Of a stretch of 64,000 nucleotides of DNA, positions 26,579-41,083 are shown piece after piece; position 1 is the first letter of the stretch; each line of letters opens with the position of its first letter. The notes beneath the pieces were generated by a model, which saw nothing but the letters and a program-made list of their open reading frames with translations, searched no databases and was not told the DNA's origin. This DNA comes from Octopus sinensis (taxonomy: Eukaryota). The DNA is taken from NCBI RefSeq assembly GCF_006345805.1, contig NC_043005.1, positions 12,276,001 through 12,340,000 on the forward strand, in the 5' to 3' direction. A program made the position numbers and the translations under genes.

Positions 26579-28732
26579 ATATATTTATGTGTATTTGTAC
26601 GTATATGTGTATACATACATATATATATATATGCGTGTGTGTGTGTTTGTGTGTGTGTGCGTGTGTGTGTGTTTTGTGTGTGTGTGTGTGTGTGTGTGTG
26701 TTTGTGTGTGTGTGTGCGTGTGAAGTGGTGGACTAATGGTTTAGTATTCAGTGCTGCACTCATGATCGCGAATCATGGTTTGGATTTTGCTGCCGGCGAT
26801 GTGTTGTGTTCATGAGTGACACCCGTCTTCTTCCGCTTCCTCAGTTCACTCAGCTGCAGATGGGTTACCCTGGTTACCCTGCACGGACTGGCGCTCCTTT
26901 TAGAATAAACATTGGCATGCCCGTCTTGTCCCTAGAGTGATACCATTCGAAATCTCTAACGATACGAGGAGGCACCTTGTGACCAGTGTTGCTTAAAATT
27001 ATCCAACACTCTGCACAGAATAGTGATATATGTATATTCATATTGATTATGAGTCAGCTATTAGATGGTTCTATGGTTAATATAATCACAAATAAACGCA
27101 CCCAAACCTGTCGCAAAAAAGTCGACACATTAATTCATTATTGATATGATCTTTACCAAAATATTGTCCTTGTTATTGATCCTACTGCATTGGAGGTCTG
27201 CATATTAAATAGAAGGAAAATTTCTTGGAATAAAACGTTTATTTTTCTGATCAGCATCCGCAGTGAGGAACACAAAAGAATTTTCTCTGAGCTTCGAAGA
27301 TGTGCATTATACCTGTGTTGCAAGCATCACCTCGATCACCACCTCCAGTAGTATTTCTACTACAAATGTTATGTACGATTTATGTTTGACACTCACAAGC
27401 TGCCTGTAGATCAGACAGATATTTGATTCTACCAGCCAGAAACCTCACGCTTCATAACCCACTATAATATCAATATAAAGGTAATGGTAGTTGAAACGCA
27501 TAAGAGCAACATACTCAAATGATATGAACAGACAATTATTAATTCTGAATTTCTCACTAAATAAATTTCAAGAGGAATGAATCTGATTGTTAGAGTGAAA
27601 AGCTACAACTGCTTCTGTTGCAAAATCTCAACATCCATAGATGTTCCCTGAAAATAGGGTATCTTTTAATAGATAATAACTATGACATCAACAAATAAAA
27701 CAATTATAGAACATTAAGTAGCGCCTGATATATCATGCAAAATTTCAGTACATTTTACCACAGCGTTTTTAACATATGCCATCTCAACTAAACAACGCTT
27801 ATATCTTTCAAATATTTACGGACTTTGCTTTGTTTTGGACGCTCAAACCTGTCGTAAGCGAGGTGCCGTAATGTACCTCGGGTATTTAAACTTCGTGGAG
27901 TCCACCTTTCTCCAGTTCTGACTCTAGGCAATTTATTTTCAGAAAGACACACAGAGAAATGATGTGTGTGTGTTAGAAAGAAAAAGTACTGGACTGGTAG
28001 TTTATTTCTTTATCCTAAAAGAACAGATTTTCTTCTCTCCTTCACATTAAACACTGCATCAGTTCAAAGACTTATACTGACTATACAAGAAAGGGAGCCA
28101 AATAACAATTTCTTAAAACTGTACGTTATCTTACGATCACATACAAGAAGAACTGCATTAAGAGAGATAAAACCCTCAATGCATACAAACGACTTTCAGA
28201 TGCAAACACTAGGTTTCATTATTTATACGTCACATTCTGAATCAGGAAAGCACAGTAGAGTGGCTGTGCATCCCAAGCAAGTTCTAGTTTATTCTGACAT
28301 GGTTTGTTAGTAGCTCATACACAACTGTTATGCAAACGAACAAAGCACTATATCTCATCGATATAAACGATTCGATTTGCTTCTGTTTTTGTTTAATTTT
28401 TTTTCCCTGAAAAATGCGCGATATTCAAGGAACATTGAGCAGAGCGCTGAAAATGATAGCCCTGAAAAATAATCTATCCTAGATTAATAATATCGTAAAC
28501 ACACGAGTTCTTGTGTGTTCGGAAATTTACAGTGTAGTTCCATATCAATTTGCATATTATCTTCGTCCATGACCCAACTAATTTCTAAATGATATTTCTG
28601 AATTTTATGCAGACAATTTGCATCGTTATAAAAAAAAAAAATCTCTGGTCTGATATATTTCGACAAAAGCTTGCATATGCAAACCCGAACACCATGTAGA
28701 AACATAAATTACGAATTACGAAACATAAATTA

Positions 28733-29139
28733 AGGCGGCGAGCTGGCAGAAACGTTAGCACGCCGGGCGAAATGCGTAGCCGTATTTCGTCTGCCCTTAC
28801 GTTCTGAGTTCAAATTCCGCCGATGTTGACTTTACCTTTCGCGGTCGGTTAAATAAGTACCAGTTACGCACTGGGGTCGATGTAATCGACTTAATCCGTT
28901 TGTGTCTTTGTTTTTCCTCTCTGTTTTTAGCCCCTTGTGGGTAGTAACGAAATAGGTGTTTCGTGTATCTTTACGTTCTGAGTTCAAATTCCGCCGAGGC
29001 CGACTTTACTTTTCATCCTTTCGAGGTCGATAAAATAAGTACCAGTTACGTACTGGGGTTGATATAATCGACTTAATCCTTTTCTCTGTCCTTGTTTGTC
29101 TCATCTGCGTGTAGCCCCTTGTGAGTAGTAAAGAAATAA
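28733..29139 (+). mobile_element. SINE family D with tandemly duplicated body
   Basis: A full monomer to about 28955, then a second body from TTTCGT..CTTTACGTTCTGAGTTCAAATTCC. Flanking direct repeat GAAACATAAATT. Confidence 0.9.
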
Positions 29140-29696
29140 GAAACATAAATTACGAATAATATGTTTGATAATTCTTTTCTAAACGCATTTCTTCTCGAGA
29201 ATAACATAAAGAAATCTGAAAGCATTGTACATAATCATAATATACATCGCTGAATGTCATTTCCTGCCAGGAAATTGTATATTGCTACACCGTTCTGCCG
29301 TATAATAAGGTTAATAATTTGTCTATGGATTTAGGCTCTGCTACTAATGGGTACCTATAGTTCTTCCTTGCTGGTGTAGAATTGCTAATGGCATAATGAT
29401 AGCTCCACTCTCTCTATAATATATTTGATATTCAATGTTTGTATCATATTCTCACATCATGAATCTATTTTCTTACAGATAAAAATTGGGAATCTAGAAT
29501 AGTTTATTATCTTCGTTTGCATGTGTGATCCTTTAACGAAATACACCCCTCCCTAAATTGCAGACAGACTAATATATGGCGTAAAATAAATCACATGGGG
29601 TTTCTGAAATAACCTTGGACGGCATCGCAATTAGCTCGCTCCATGCACCGTCTTTCACTACTATACGCGCGTAGGCACACACACATGTATGTGTCA

Positions 29697-29746
<50 letters not shown>

Positions 29747-30173
29747 TTGTGAGTTATTTGGGTGATGATCGTAACAATGCAGTAGTGTTAATTAGACGTG
29801 CATGTATTTTTTTCTTGACTTGCTTGCTTATTTAACAGAAGTATAATGGCTCGGTGAATGCGATAATGAGTAAAATAGTGCGCTCTTGTCTCTAGGGTCG
29901 ACAATTTGACGACCCTTACATACGCTGTGTTGTTTTTTATGTAAACCAGTCAGCTTTGTTTACTCAAGTCTTAATGCATCATTACGAGACTGTTATTTAT
30001 TTAAGCATTTACTGCAAAACTATTTTAGCCTAGTTTTCAAAGCCCAAGGGTTGGAATTTAGACAACGACATGTATTTCTGTTTTATGTCTCTTTGCCGCT
30101 TTTTACTGTCAGTTTACACAGACGCCCTTTCTCTCACACTGGCATTTCCAAATAAATATACATATATGCCTCT

Positions 30174-30208
<35 letters not shown>

Positions 30209-30954
30209 GGCAGAGTTACGAATATAGCAGTAAAATTTTGAAGAGCGTACTATTATCATGGGTATTTTTACATGCAACTATTTGTAGTTACAGTGTGTTT
30301 AGAATTAATTAAGGAAGTAACAATTATTAAAATGGTCTGTATATTTAGCTTATACCATTGGGAAGGAACGTTTGAATATGCTTCTTGCCTGTGTTCGTAT
30401 ATCTACCTGGGGCTTGTGTCATAGAAATGAGAAGTATATTTGAATTATGTTCATACCATTTATGTAATCTTTTTTGTATGTGAAATGAGAAATTTTTGAG
30501 CCTTCCAAACTTTTGTTTAATCTTTTGGACTAATGTTATGAAGTATATCCGTGAACTTCGCTCTCTCAGCTAATACTCGAGACCTGTAATATCAACATGG
30601 TTTATGTTTTTAACAATTGTAAGTTGTTGGCCGTGAGTGAATTCCTATAAGCGGAGAAAGAACTGGCGATAATAGTTAGGGGGTGGGTGTAAAAGGGAAA
30701 AGCTATAATGGAAGCTAGAGGATGACCGACTTGTAAGTTGGATTTATAAGAGTTCCATGCAATTAACCAGGCATTAGAAAGCGGAGAGTACTCAATATAG
30801 CCGAGTTGAAGAATCAGAGTGAGAAGATGACATGTGTGAGGACCAGATATCTTAACCTCTTGTGTGTGCGTGTGTAAGTGTGTGAGCGTGGGGGGTTCGG
30901 GTCACTAATCCGAGAAATTAAGATATATGGTTTAGAATCACGTGCTTCTTTGAT

Positions 30955-31246
30955 TATGGTATTCGGCTCACGAAAATAAGGTCGTGGTTTCTACTCCCGG
31001 CATCACGTTGTGTCCTTGAGCAAGACACTTTATTTCTCGTTGCTCCGGTGCACTCAGCCACTTGCACTTGAAAACGGATGCTGGTGTGTTTACGTCCTCG
31101 TAACATAGCAGTTCGGCAAAAGCGTCCGATAGAATTAGTACCATGCTTACAAAGAATAAGTCCTGGAGTCAATTTCTCCGACTCAAGGCGGTGCTCCAGC
31201 ATGGCCGCAGTTAAATGGACTGAAACAGGTAAAAGAATAGAATAAA
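30955..31246 (+). mobile_element. Chimeric SINE: CORE-type (family B-like) head plus family A tail
   Basis: GTTGTGTCCTTGAGCAAGACACTTTATTTC..GTTGCTCC joined to GATGCTGGTGTGTTTACGTCC...AAGGCGGTGCTCCAGCATGGCCGCAG...TAAAAGAATAG. Confidence 0.8.
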
Positions 31247-31477
31247 AGAACTGGAGAACATCCACAATAGATGGAATTTAGTTCCCTTTGGTCGGTCTTC
31301 ACGCTGAGTAAAGATAGGAGGGTTTCATATTTATGCCTGGATACGATAATGGAGCCGGAGTTCATTAAGATTCTTATGAATGCATACCGTTACATTATTT
31401 AGTTTCTGCAGTGATATTGCCTTTAAAGTAATGTGTAATAAATTAGTTATCGTTCAACTTTAGGATGTAGTTATATA

Positions 31478-31768
31478 TTTCTTGAATAACCACAAGGGGC
31501 TAAACATAGAGGGGACAAACAAGGACAGACAAAGGTATTAAGTCGATTACATCGACTCCAGTGCGTGACTGGTACTTAATTTATCAACCCCGAAAGGATG
31601 AAAGGCAAAGTCGACCTCGGCGGAATTTGAACTCAGAACGTAGCGGCAGACGAAATACCTATTTCTTGAATAACCACAAGGGGCTAAACATAACAGCAGA
31701 ACGTAACAGCAGACAAATACCGCTAAGCATCTCGACCGACGTGCTAACGTTTCTGCCAGCTCGCGGCC
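31478..31768 (-). mobile_element. SINE family D with internal duplication
   Basis: Reverse complement of family D. ATTTCTTGAATAACCACAAGGGGCTAAACATA occurs twice. Confidence 0.88.
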
Positions 31769-32107
31769 TTTTTAGGATGTTGTTATATCTATGCCAAACT
31801 CATTGCATTTGCTTATCTGAATGTAACCATAGTGTAGCTGTTCATAACAGTGATGGCGAGCTATGATTTTTACAAAATTCTGGTGATATGGCTGGAGTTT
31901 CGTCTCCCAGAGAATTAAGGAGAAACAATCGCACGACGCCAGCAATGTTAGCTCCGTTGTAAGAATGTATGCGTGGGGATGTGAGGTGAGATGTGCGTGT
32001 GTGTGTGCGTGCGTTTGTGCATTTGCATGTGCGTGTGTGCGTTTGCGTCTGTGCGTGTGACTGTGTGTATGCGTATCTCTGAAAATTTGCTTTTGAGTTT
32101 GCAGTTA

Positions 32108-32521
32108 CTTTACTCTTTTACTCTTTTACTTGTTTCAGTCTTTTGACTGCGGCCATGCTGGAGCACCGCCTTTAGTCGAGCAAATCGACCCCGAGACTTA
32201 TTCTTTGTAAGCCCAGTACTTATTCTATCGGTCTCTTTTGCCGAACCGCTAAGTGACAGGGACGTAAACACATCAGCATCGGTTGTCAAGCGATGGTGGG
32301 AGGGACAAACACAGACACGCAAACACACATAGGCATATACATATATATACATATATACGACAGGCTTCTTTCAGTTTCCGTCTACCAAATCCACTCACAA
32401 GGCATTGGTCGGCCCGGGGCTATAGCAGAAGACACTTGCCCAAGATACCACGCAGTGGGACTGAACCAGAAACCATGTGGCTGGTTAGCAAGCTACTTAC
32501 CACACAGCCACTCCTGCGCCT
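32108..32521 (-). mobile_element. SINE family A, full length
   Basis: Near-identical to 3038-3469 and 42708-43128. Confidence 0.93.
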
Positions 32522-33257
32522 TCCGAGTGTTTTTGTTATAAAAACATTTCAAATTACGCACGCTTTTAAAATTATAGCGTGATTCATTTCGAAAACTATC
32601 CCTGCGAATGTCTCTGTTATCTATTTATCTATTTTGATTTCATTCATTCATTCATTCTTTCTCAATTTTTGTCTTCTTTCCACTTTTCATGACATATATT
32701 TAATTGTTTTTCAGAGACAGAAATTATATATGAAATGTCATTCAACAAGAATATAATGAGAAAGCTAAAGAAAAGTATGCTGTGCTAAAAGTACTGAAGT
32801 GTCACATTAGACGGTTATATTTATTAAAATTACCTGTAAGTAAGGTAAGTGGAAACTTCAAACGAATCCGAAATTCGAAATAATAAACCATCGGAAAAAA
32901 ACGGGCAGTTTTCATATAAATATATCAATAATATTAATAATATTTAGACGCATAAATGTCCATAGTGTAATTGTATTTTATATGTCGGTATGAGCGCGAG
33001 TGTATATACGTGTGCATGTACGTGTGAAGAGAGTAAGTGAGAGAAAAATCTTAACAGAAACAACTACTATGACAAAGATAAAAACAACAATAATAATAAT
33101 AATGTTTTTGTTTATGTTGCATAGTGGAGCGTACATTTATATATTTTACAGAAAACGTTTATAGGTTTTGCAAGTATATCCATGCTTATTTAAAAATGAG
33201 GCTTGCAATACAAGCGATTAACACTATATCAAGATAAAATTAATATTATATATATAA

Positions 33258-33310
<53 letters not shown>

Positions 33311-33867
33311 TTAAAAGAGATAACCTTTGTTAAGCAATTCACTATTCAGAGACATAATCCATATCAAATAGAAAAACACTTTAAATATACCATAATAAAT
33401 ATTATTCAAAAAATCAATAAATTCAATAAATATCATATTGACTACGCGCGTTTCGTGACTATACTGTTTTTATCTTTATTTGTACTGTTTTTTTTCTATA
33501 TTTGTATTGCTTTTATGTCCTGTTCTTGTCACCTTTTTTGCCCCTCCGCAAAAAAAAATATTTAATTTATTTGCGGGAAGGATTGTTTCATTGTAGTCGT
33601 GTTCTGCCCTTACCTTCGAAACACGCAATGAGTCGAAATAGGGGCAGCTAAAGAAGAGGAATGTTCCCTCTGTTGTTTGTCTTGTACTCTGTTTTTTCGT
33701 TGTTAAAAAAAGTCCGTTTCCTTGTTTTGTTTCTATATTTTCGTTTCTCATTGTGTTCTACGTTTATTTGTTGTGTCCTGTACTCATATATGCATGTTTA
33801 TATACATATAGATGTAGGTATGTACATATATGTACGTATGTATGCATATATTTTATTTATTAAATTG

Positions 33868-33909
<42 letters not shown>

Positions 33910-33999
33910 GTAAACGATTAAGGTGGCCATTCGTGATCTAGAAACGATAGACAACAAATACAGTAGTACAGTTGTCACTAAAGTGATGGAGTGCGGCAG

Positions 34000-34153
34000 T
34001 AAGCACTAGCATTGCCAGAGATAAGAGTCAAAACACCTCTTAGTCACATGAGATAACTCCTCTAACAGCTGTCAAGGGAATCAGCCGTTAGAAATGTGTT
34101 CTCTTGGAGCTAAGTGTTGTTTTGACTCTTCTTTCTAGCAATGCTGGTTCTTA
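34000..34153. repeat. Imperfect hairpin (~70-bp arms) between (TA)n tracts
   Basis: AGCATTGCCAGAGATAAGAGTCAAAACA...TCTAACAGCTG is mirrored by CAGCCGTTAGA...TGTTTTTGACTCTTCTTTCTAGCAATGCT. Confidence 0.85.
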
Positions 34154-34174
34154 ATCCCCCCCTCTCTCTCTCTG

Positions 34175-34211
<37 letters not shown>

Positions 34212-35857
34212 CATTTATATGCATAAACATTAATATATGAATATAAATGAAAAACAAATAGAAGCAAGAATACATGCGCAGTGGACAAACCACGTTCTAC
34301 GCGCTCTCGGAGTCTCCATGACATCGGACGTCTTCCACTTCTAACTCTGGGTCCTGTGATTAACCTGTATAAGTTACTCTAGGCACAATGCATTACACAT
34401 ACCCTGGATATATCAGTTTTAACCAATAGTTTGCCATCTATGGGGATTTTAAATTCTAGCCCTATTTTCTCTCTTCCAATAAACACCTTAGCTTCATATT
34501 TTGTATATTTTTCTTATCCGATATTCGTTGATGATTTTCACAACTTAAAAGAAATGTGTGTACGGGCAACAAAGACGAGTTTTCACTTCTTTAATCTCAA
34601 ATACTTTTTCTTTGAACTTACGTGTTTAATTCTGTGTTTTTTCTTCTCGTTTTCATATTTCAGAGTAGCTTTTCGACGACGATGGGAGATGAATCTGAGA
34701 GTGCTTTCCACAGCTTCTAGGCCCTAACTACCAGCTATAATCATGAAAGAAACGAAAAAATATCTCACGACCAACACGGTTTTTGTATCTTTCGTACTTA
34801 GTGAAGTATCTATCCACAAGTTCTAAAATCATCTGTTTTGAACGTAATTCAAATCAGAAAAATAATTCATCCAGTAAATGTCGACGTGACTGAAGGTTAC
34901 ATATTTCACGCGTGGTGTGCGTTGATCAAATTGGCGCGGAACTGGATTAATACCTTATTTATTGAAGTTACTAGGACGAAAGGTAACATTGACAGCTGCA
35001 GAATATATAAATCAGAGAATAAAGAGCTGCAACAAATATTGTAGATTATTTTCCATTTGCACGAGTGAGTCTGCCAAATCATTGCCCTTACCACTCAGAA
35101 TTATAGTAGGTATGATAGTAGGGATAAATATGATTTAGAGAGTGGCAATCTTGCGATTGTAGAGTGATATTTGTAGAAGACGTGTATTATGTAATTACAT
35201 TTTTTTTGTTAGAAATGACATCGCTAGGAATATTGGTAAGGCAGTAAAAGTAATGCTGCTGACTGTGCTGGGAATGGTGATGGTAGTATTGATGAACATG
35301 ATGCTGAGAGTGCAGATGTTGCAGCTAGAGAGGAAATGATGTAGAATACCTGCATTTGAAACCAATGACAAACACCATCCCGCGAGGACTTATAAATAAT
35401 TAATGTGATAAAATGGAAGGCAAAAGACGAAGAACAAACAACACATTCAGCTTCTGATAAAACTAGCTCAAAGGCATATGTAAGATGGAAATAGAAATTT
35501 TTACACCTTAATATTGATAGATAAGAATATGCGAAATGAAGAAGATCGAAAGATTTCAAAATACAAAGTACGAAAAATGTATGCACACTTTGATAGGAAT
35601 ATATACTATCAGTTTAGCTTGAATGGAGATAGAGAAATCCGTTAGTATGTCCTAGAATATTTCTCGTATTTCTTGTATCTTAAAACAAGTCTAAATGTTT
35701 TTTTAATTACATTAATCTTCATAAATTTAAAAATGAGAAACTGCGACTTCAACATTAAAAAGGAGGCCATCAGATACATTGGGACTTAAAACTAATTGTT
35801 ATACATGAAAGCAATCACGTAGACTAATATAAATTGAACAGAAGACTTTTAATCATA

Positions 35858-36371
35858 TCTATATATATATAAAACTGTAGTTGTGTGAGTGTCTGTCCCC
35901 TTCGATTTAGATTCCTAACTCCTCCCACATTTTGCGGTGCAGTTTAACCAAAACCGGGTATCTTATAGTCGTGATTAATATCGAGCCCGCCTGGCTATTA
36001 GCGCGCGTCTACGATGAGACTACGATTTTAAAAATAATTTAACATCATTTTTTATTCCATTTTAATGCATAATTTTTCGTGTGTCGATGGCGGCGGTGTT
36101 GGCGTCCATGGTCACACCTGCACCTGTTTGCTTCTCCCCTTCTTCCCTCCCTCGTGAAGCTGTGGGGAAGGGAGTGTAAGGAAATCAACGTCGTAAAGCG
36201 TTATCAAGGAGACCAGCGTTCTTTTAGAACAACGACTTCATGGCTTGAAGACACCAAAACAGAAATGGCTAAGAAAGCCCGAATTGGCATCTATAAGGGA
36301 AGTAACTCTCTAAAAATGCTTATATAGTTATTTCCCTTACAAACCCGAGCAACGCCGGGCGATACCGCTAG
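35858..36371 (+). mobile_element. Non-autonomous Helitron
   Basis: 5' A|TCTATATATATATAAAA; 3' GC-rich hairpin CCCGAGCAACGCCGGG followed by CTAG|T; no TIRs. Confidence 0.88.
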
Positions 36372-36849
36372 TCTATATATATATGACTTTAAAAAAAAAC
36401 TTGTTCTACTTCCGACAGCGAAAAGATTTGTACTAAATAGGGAGACAGAATATATGTTTTAGAGCCTTTGGTTCTTTTTCTCTATGTCAATCATTTCAGA
36501 TATATCAGTTTCAGGGCTCGAATGTAAATGAATTACATTAAATACGATAGTATTCTCAACATGGCAGTACCGCAGGAGCGAATTACGTGACAATTGGTAG
36601 CGCATCGAATAGAATATCCTGCAGTGAATATACATTTTTTTCTTACTTTCTGAGGTGTAATGGCACTGACGGCAACTGTAAATTTATACTGTTGGCTTCT
36701 ATGAAATAAGAAGCTGTTATTACACTGAGTCGATTTAATTGACTAAACCTTCTCCCTCGTTCCTATGGATAAGTCAGTTTTGGGGCCTACAGTAAAAAGG
36801 ATTGCTTTGTGAAATCTGAGAATTTTAACATCTAATACTTTTGCTGTAT

Positions 36850-37392
36850 AAGGTGGCGAGTTGGTGGAGTCGTTAGCGCACCGGTTAAAATGCTTAGAGG
36901 CATTTCGTCCATCTTTACATTTTGAGTTCAAATTCCACCAAGGTCGAATTTGCTTTTCATCCTTTCTGGACCGATAGAATAAGTACCATTTGAGTGCTGG
37001 AATCGAATTTTACACACTCCTCCGACATTGCTCAACTTGTGCCAAACTTTGGAACGAATATCTTAGTTCTAAGTTATTCCTGTAAATAAAAAAACTTTTA
37101 TAACAACGACTTCTGAATGCTTGAGAGGACTTTTTATTCTCAACAACTGCAATAATTGTTAAAGGCGTCGAGCTGGCAGAAACGTTAGCACGCCGGGCGA
37201 AATGCGCAGCCGTATTTCGTCTGCCGTTACGTTCTGAGTTCAAATTCCACCGATGTCGACTTTGCCTTTCATCCTTTCGGGGTCGATAAATTAAGTACCA
37301 GTTACGCAGTGGGGTCGATGTAATCGACTTAATTCGTTTGTCTGTCCTTGCTTGTCCCCTCTATGTTTAGCCCCTTGTGGGTAGTAAAGATA
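36850..37392 (+). mobile_element. Two SINE family D copies (older 36850-37040; younger 37162-37392)
   Basis: Both match the family D head, B box and central domain. Confidence 0.88.
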
Positions 37393-37972
37393 CATATATT
37401 TATTTAGCCAAGATTGAAGAAGCCTGACTAAAAATATCACACGATATGGGTTAAATAATATACATTGCATAGTACAGATTTGATATTTGAGTGTCTGACG
37501 AGCTGAGTGGTGTGACTGAGATTTTAATTCTCATTATATAATATGAATTGCTTATGAATGGATGCGACCTAAAGACGGATGCATTAGTGTTATAACAGGA
37601 CATCAAACGTCCTCTCATTTATACTACAAGCGGAGTGTGTCCAGCGAAAGTCTTCCTCGACAATGCGATAATTTGAACTGTGATCGTTTCATTTTCCATT
37701 TTACTGTGAATATGATTTATTCACTACGTTATCACTGAACTATTGATCTTTCTATAGTTAATCTTGGAAATGTTGTCGATAATATATCCAACTAATGTTG
37801 ATATGAACAATGAAATTGTAATAGTTTCTATTTTTACTATAACCGTAACAAAACCTATACAATGCGTATTTTAACTCGGCAGACGTTTATCTATAATATT
37901 CACTCTTTGTGTTTCGTATATCATAAAATGTGTGTGACGGCGTATAACACCCTTAGATCGTTTTAATTTTAT

Positions 37973-38038
<66 letters not shown>

Positions 38039-38654
38039 ATATATATATTACTGTAGATTTGTTTCCAATGCTGATGTAACTCCGCTAAATTATTCCCGTT
38101 TATTCTTATTGAATTGATAAATACTCGTGACTTCGAAAACATCTTGTTGATTTATTTTGGTTTGGTCTGTACAGGAAGCGGTTGTGATTATTTGGCACCG
38201 CCATGCTTTACAAAACCAGTGAGGTTGACGTCATTGGTGATCTTCTTGAATAAGGTGACACACGGCCACTACTTAAGAGAGTCATTACTATTGAAACTTT
38301 TCTGCAGTAACAACAACGAGTCTTCAAGGACGGCATGCGATTTCATGAGGAATCACAGTTCCTCCATTAAAAAAATTATATATTAATCATTACGCGTTAG
38401 GCATTGCAAACGGCAAGCAATTTCATGAAAGTGAATTATATATAAGTTGCGGGTTTTCCTTGTTATTTGCAAATATTACATTTCTTTACGCATATCACTT
38501 TTTACTTTCTGCACCCAAAAATATTTTTTTCAATTACCTGCAACATACATATATATATATATATTAGAAGGCTTGGAGATGATGTGCAGGTTTATTATAT
38601 TAGAAGAAATGAGTTACTCAGAAATCCGGATTTGTTTTATATTCACAGATATTC

Positions 38655-39074
38655 ACATTATCTGTATGATGTGGAAAATATTCCATCAGCACTGTCCGAA
38701 TGATGTTGGCACCACCTTCAAAATACATCCAAGGCTTGGACCACGTGCCATCCGTCCACAACAAAAATCTAAATCGCATCACATAACGACAATACGGCAC
38801 AACTATTTCACCTCAATTGGACCCGCTCTCTTCAACATTACACCAGGACACGTCAAAAAAGAAACTGACCACACAAAATTCAAGACGTCTTTGGACAAAT
38901 TCCTTCAAACAGTCCCGGACAAACCATCCACACCCGGATGTGTCTCCGCAAACAATAACTCTCTGCTCGAATGGGCCTTGGTGCCCAAATCCTGAATTGA
39001 AAGACTTCGCCAGGTGGGGCTATTAAGTTAGACATGGCCTGGGCCAATACTGGCCAAAACCTTTCTAAGTTAAG

Positions 39075-39077
<3 letters not shown>
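38655..39077 (+). mobile_element. CR1/L2-group LINE 3' end (ORF2 C-terminus and short 3' UTR)
   Basis: IICMMWKIF...PNDVG...HPRLG...IRHNYFTSIGPALFNITP...FKTSLDKFLQTVPDKP...NNSLLEW, stop at 38995, followed by (TA)n. Confidence 0.85.
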
Positions 39078-39109
<32 letters not shown>

Positions 39110-39113
<4 letters not shown>

Positions 39114-39395
39114 ATGACCGACCAGACCATCAGACGTTGTTACACACCGCTGGTCACAATGCGTTCGCTTTGTTTTAGCCTTCGAATGACGCCACCCCGC
39201 TGGCTAAGCGAGCAAGCCAACAGAAGAAAGAGTGGTGAAAGAGTACAGCAGAGATCACCACCCCCTGCCGGAGCCTCGTGGAGCTTTTAGGTGTTTTCGC
39301 TCAATAAACACTCACAACGCCCGGTCTGGGAATCGAAACCGCGATCCTACGACCGCGAGTCCGCTGCCCTAACCACTAGGCCATTGCGCCTCCAC
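39110..39395 (-). mobile_element. SINE with family C head and a third tail type
   Basis: Head shared with 11071-11236 and 17150. Tail TCTTTCTTCTGTTGGCTTGCTCGCTTAGCCAGCGGGGTGGCG...GATGGTCTGGTCGGTCATGTGA. Inserted in (TA)n. Confidence 0.9.
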
Positions 39396-39427
<32 letters not shown>

Positions 39428-39435
39428 TGTGTGTG

Positions 39436-39492
<57 letters not shown>

Positions 39493-39990
39493 GTGTGTGC
39501 GTATGTGTATGTGAGAATGTGTGTATGCTTGATGTGTGTGTTGGTGATGTGTGTAGCTCTACAGAAAAGTAGAAAAAGATGCAGTAAAGGATGACCCACT
39601 GCCAAGAAGCAGCTTCTCAATTTATTTAATAAGAAATTTTCTTTTTGATTTTAGTTTATAGGTCGCCCGTAAACTTCAGCTTCCCCAGATATTAAATGCA
39701 CCAGACACATACACGCATATATGCTCACACACACACATGCTCTCACACACACGCACACATACGCACATATCTACATATACACACACATATATATAGAGAG
39801 AGGGGTGAGAGAGAGAAAGATAAATTCATACATACATATATATATACGCGCGCGTCTATGTAAGTGTGTGTGTGTGTGTGTGTGCGTGCGTTTGTTTGTT
39901 TGTGTGTGTTTGAGCTTGTGTGTGTGTGTTATGGTTGAAAATTGTCCGTGATAGCAGACTTAGACCTAAATAGCAATAATAACTATACTG

Positions 39991-40051
<61 letters not shown>

Positions 40052-40106
40052 GAAATATTAAAATTACTAAGTCTCTATAAAAGAGAATATGGCAGCCTTT
40101 ACTGGA

Positions 40107-40169
40107 AATTAATTGTTATCGCCATATATCTATAGGAATGTCATATTAATATGGCGATAACAATTAATT
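40107..40169. repeat. Short perfect inverted repeat (~21-bp arms) between (TA)n tracts
   Basis: AATTAATTGTTATCGCCATAT ... ATATGGCGATAACAATTAATT. Confidence 0.85.
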
Positions 40170-40177
40170 ATATATAT

Positions 40178-40263
<86 letters not shown>

Positions 40264-40320
40264 CGTCTTTGGATTTGGTTTGCAAGATTCTTCATGTGAG
40301 TTCGAGTGTTGAAGCAAATT

Positions 40321-40684
40321 CTGTTGTGTCTGGTGGGAGTTATTTTCTTTTTGTGCCTTATGGTTTAACACACTCACCGGTAAAAGTTTCCGCTTCTTTC
40401 TTATTTTTATTTTCCTAAAATTTTTGTGTTGCGTCTTGCAGCATTTTCATTGGTCTTCACTCTGTCCGTTATTTACACTGCGTTCCAGTGAAGTTGATGT
40501 CATTAGTGATTTCCTTGAATAGGAACGCCGTGTAAGTAACGGACAGAGTCAAGACTATTGAAAAGGTTGCAAGTTGCAACGGAAATTTTAGGAATAAAAA
40601 AATAAGAAATAAGTGGAAATTTTACCGGTGAGTGTGTTACATTATAAGGCACAAAAAGAAAATGACTCTCTCCAGACACAGCAG
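40321..40684. repeat. Imperfect hairpin (~165-bp arms, 40321-40486 / 40522-40684) embedded in (TA)n
   Basis: TGTGTCTGG...TTTTCTTTTTGTGCCTTAT...AACACACTCACCGGTAAAA...ACTCTGTCCGTTA is mirrored by TAACGGACAGAGT...TTTTACCGGTGAGTGTGTT...ATAAGGCACAAAAAGAAAA...CCAGACACA. Confidence 0.93.
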
Positions 40685-40708
40685 TATGCATATATATACA
40701 TATATATA

Positions 40709-40775
<67 letters not shown>

Positions 40776-40783
<8 letters not shown>

Positions 40784-41083
40784 TTATAACTTAGGGTATC
40801 TACGACATACCGCCATGCTGAAAATAGCAGCCATGATCTGACTCTAAAAAAAAACACCTTAAGTGTTCATATAGCACACGGAGAGAAGACAAAAGGACAA
40901 AATAAAGCTAGTAAAAAATTACTGGATAATTCCAGATCCCGGATTTCTGAATATTTTCAGCATGGCGGTATCTCGTAGATACCGTAAGTTATAATTTTGA
41001 TAATAATTATTACCTTTGAAGGTTGTTATTTCCATGCTGGCCACTTGATAAGATCGTTATTTAATTTAAATTAACGATCTTAT

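Noticed and set aside
35235-35345. Short protein-like stretch GSKSNAADCAGNGDGSIDEHDAESADVAAREE
   Set aside because: Looks like a decayed GAT/GCT/GGT trinucleotide repeat; bounded by stops, with no convincing splice sites or domain.
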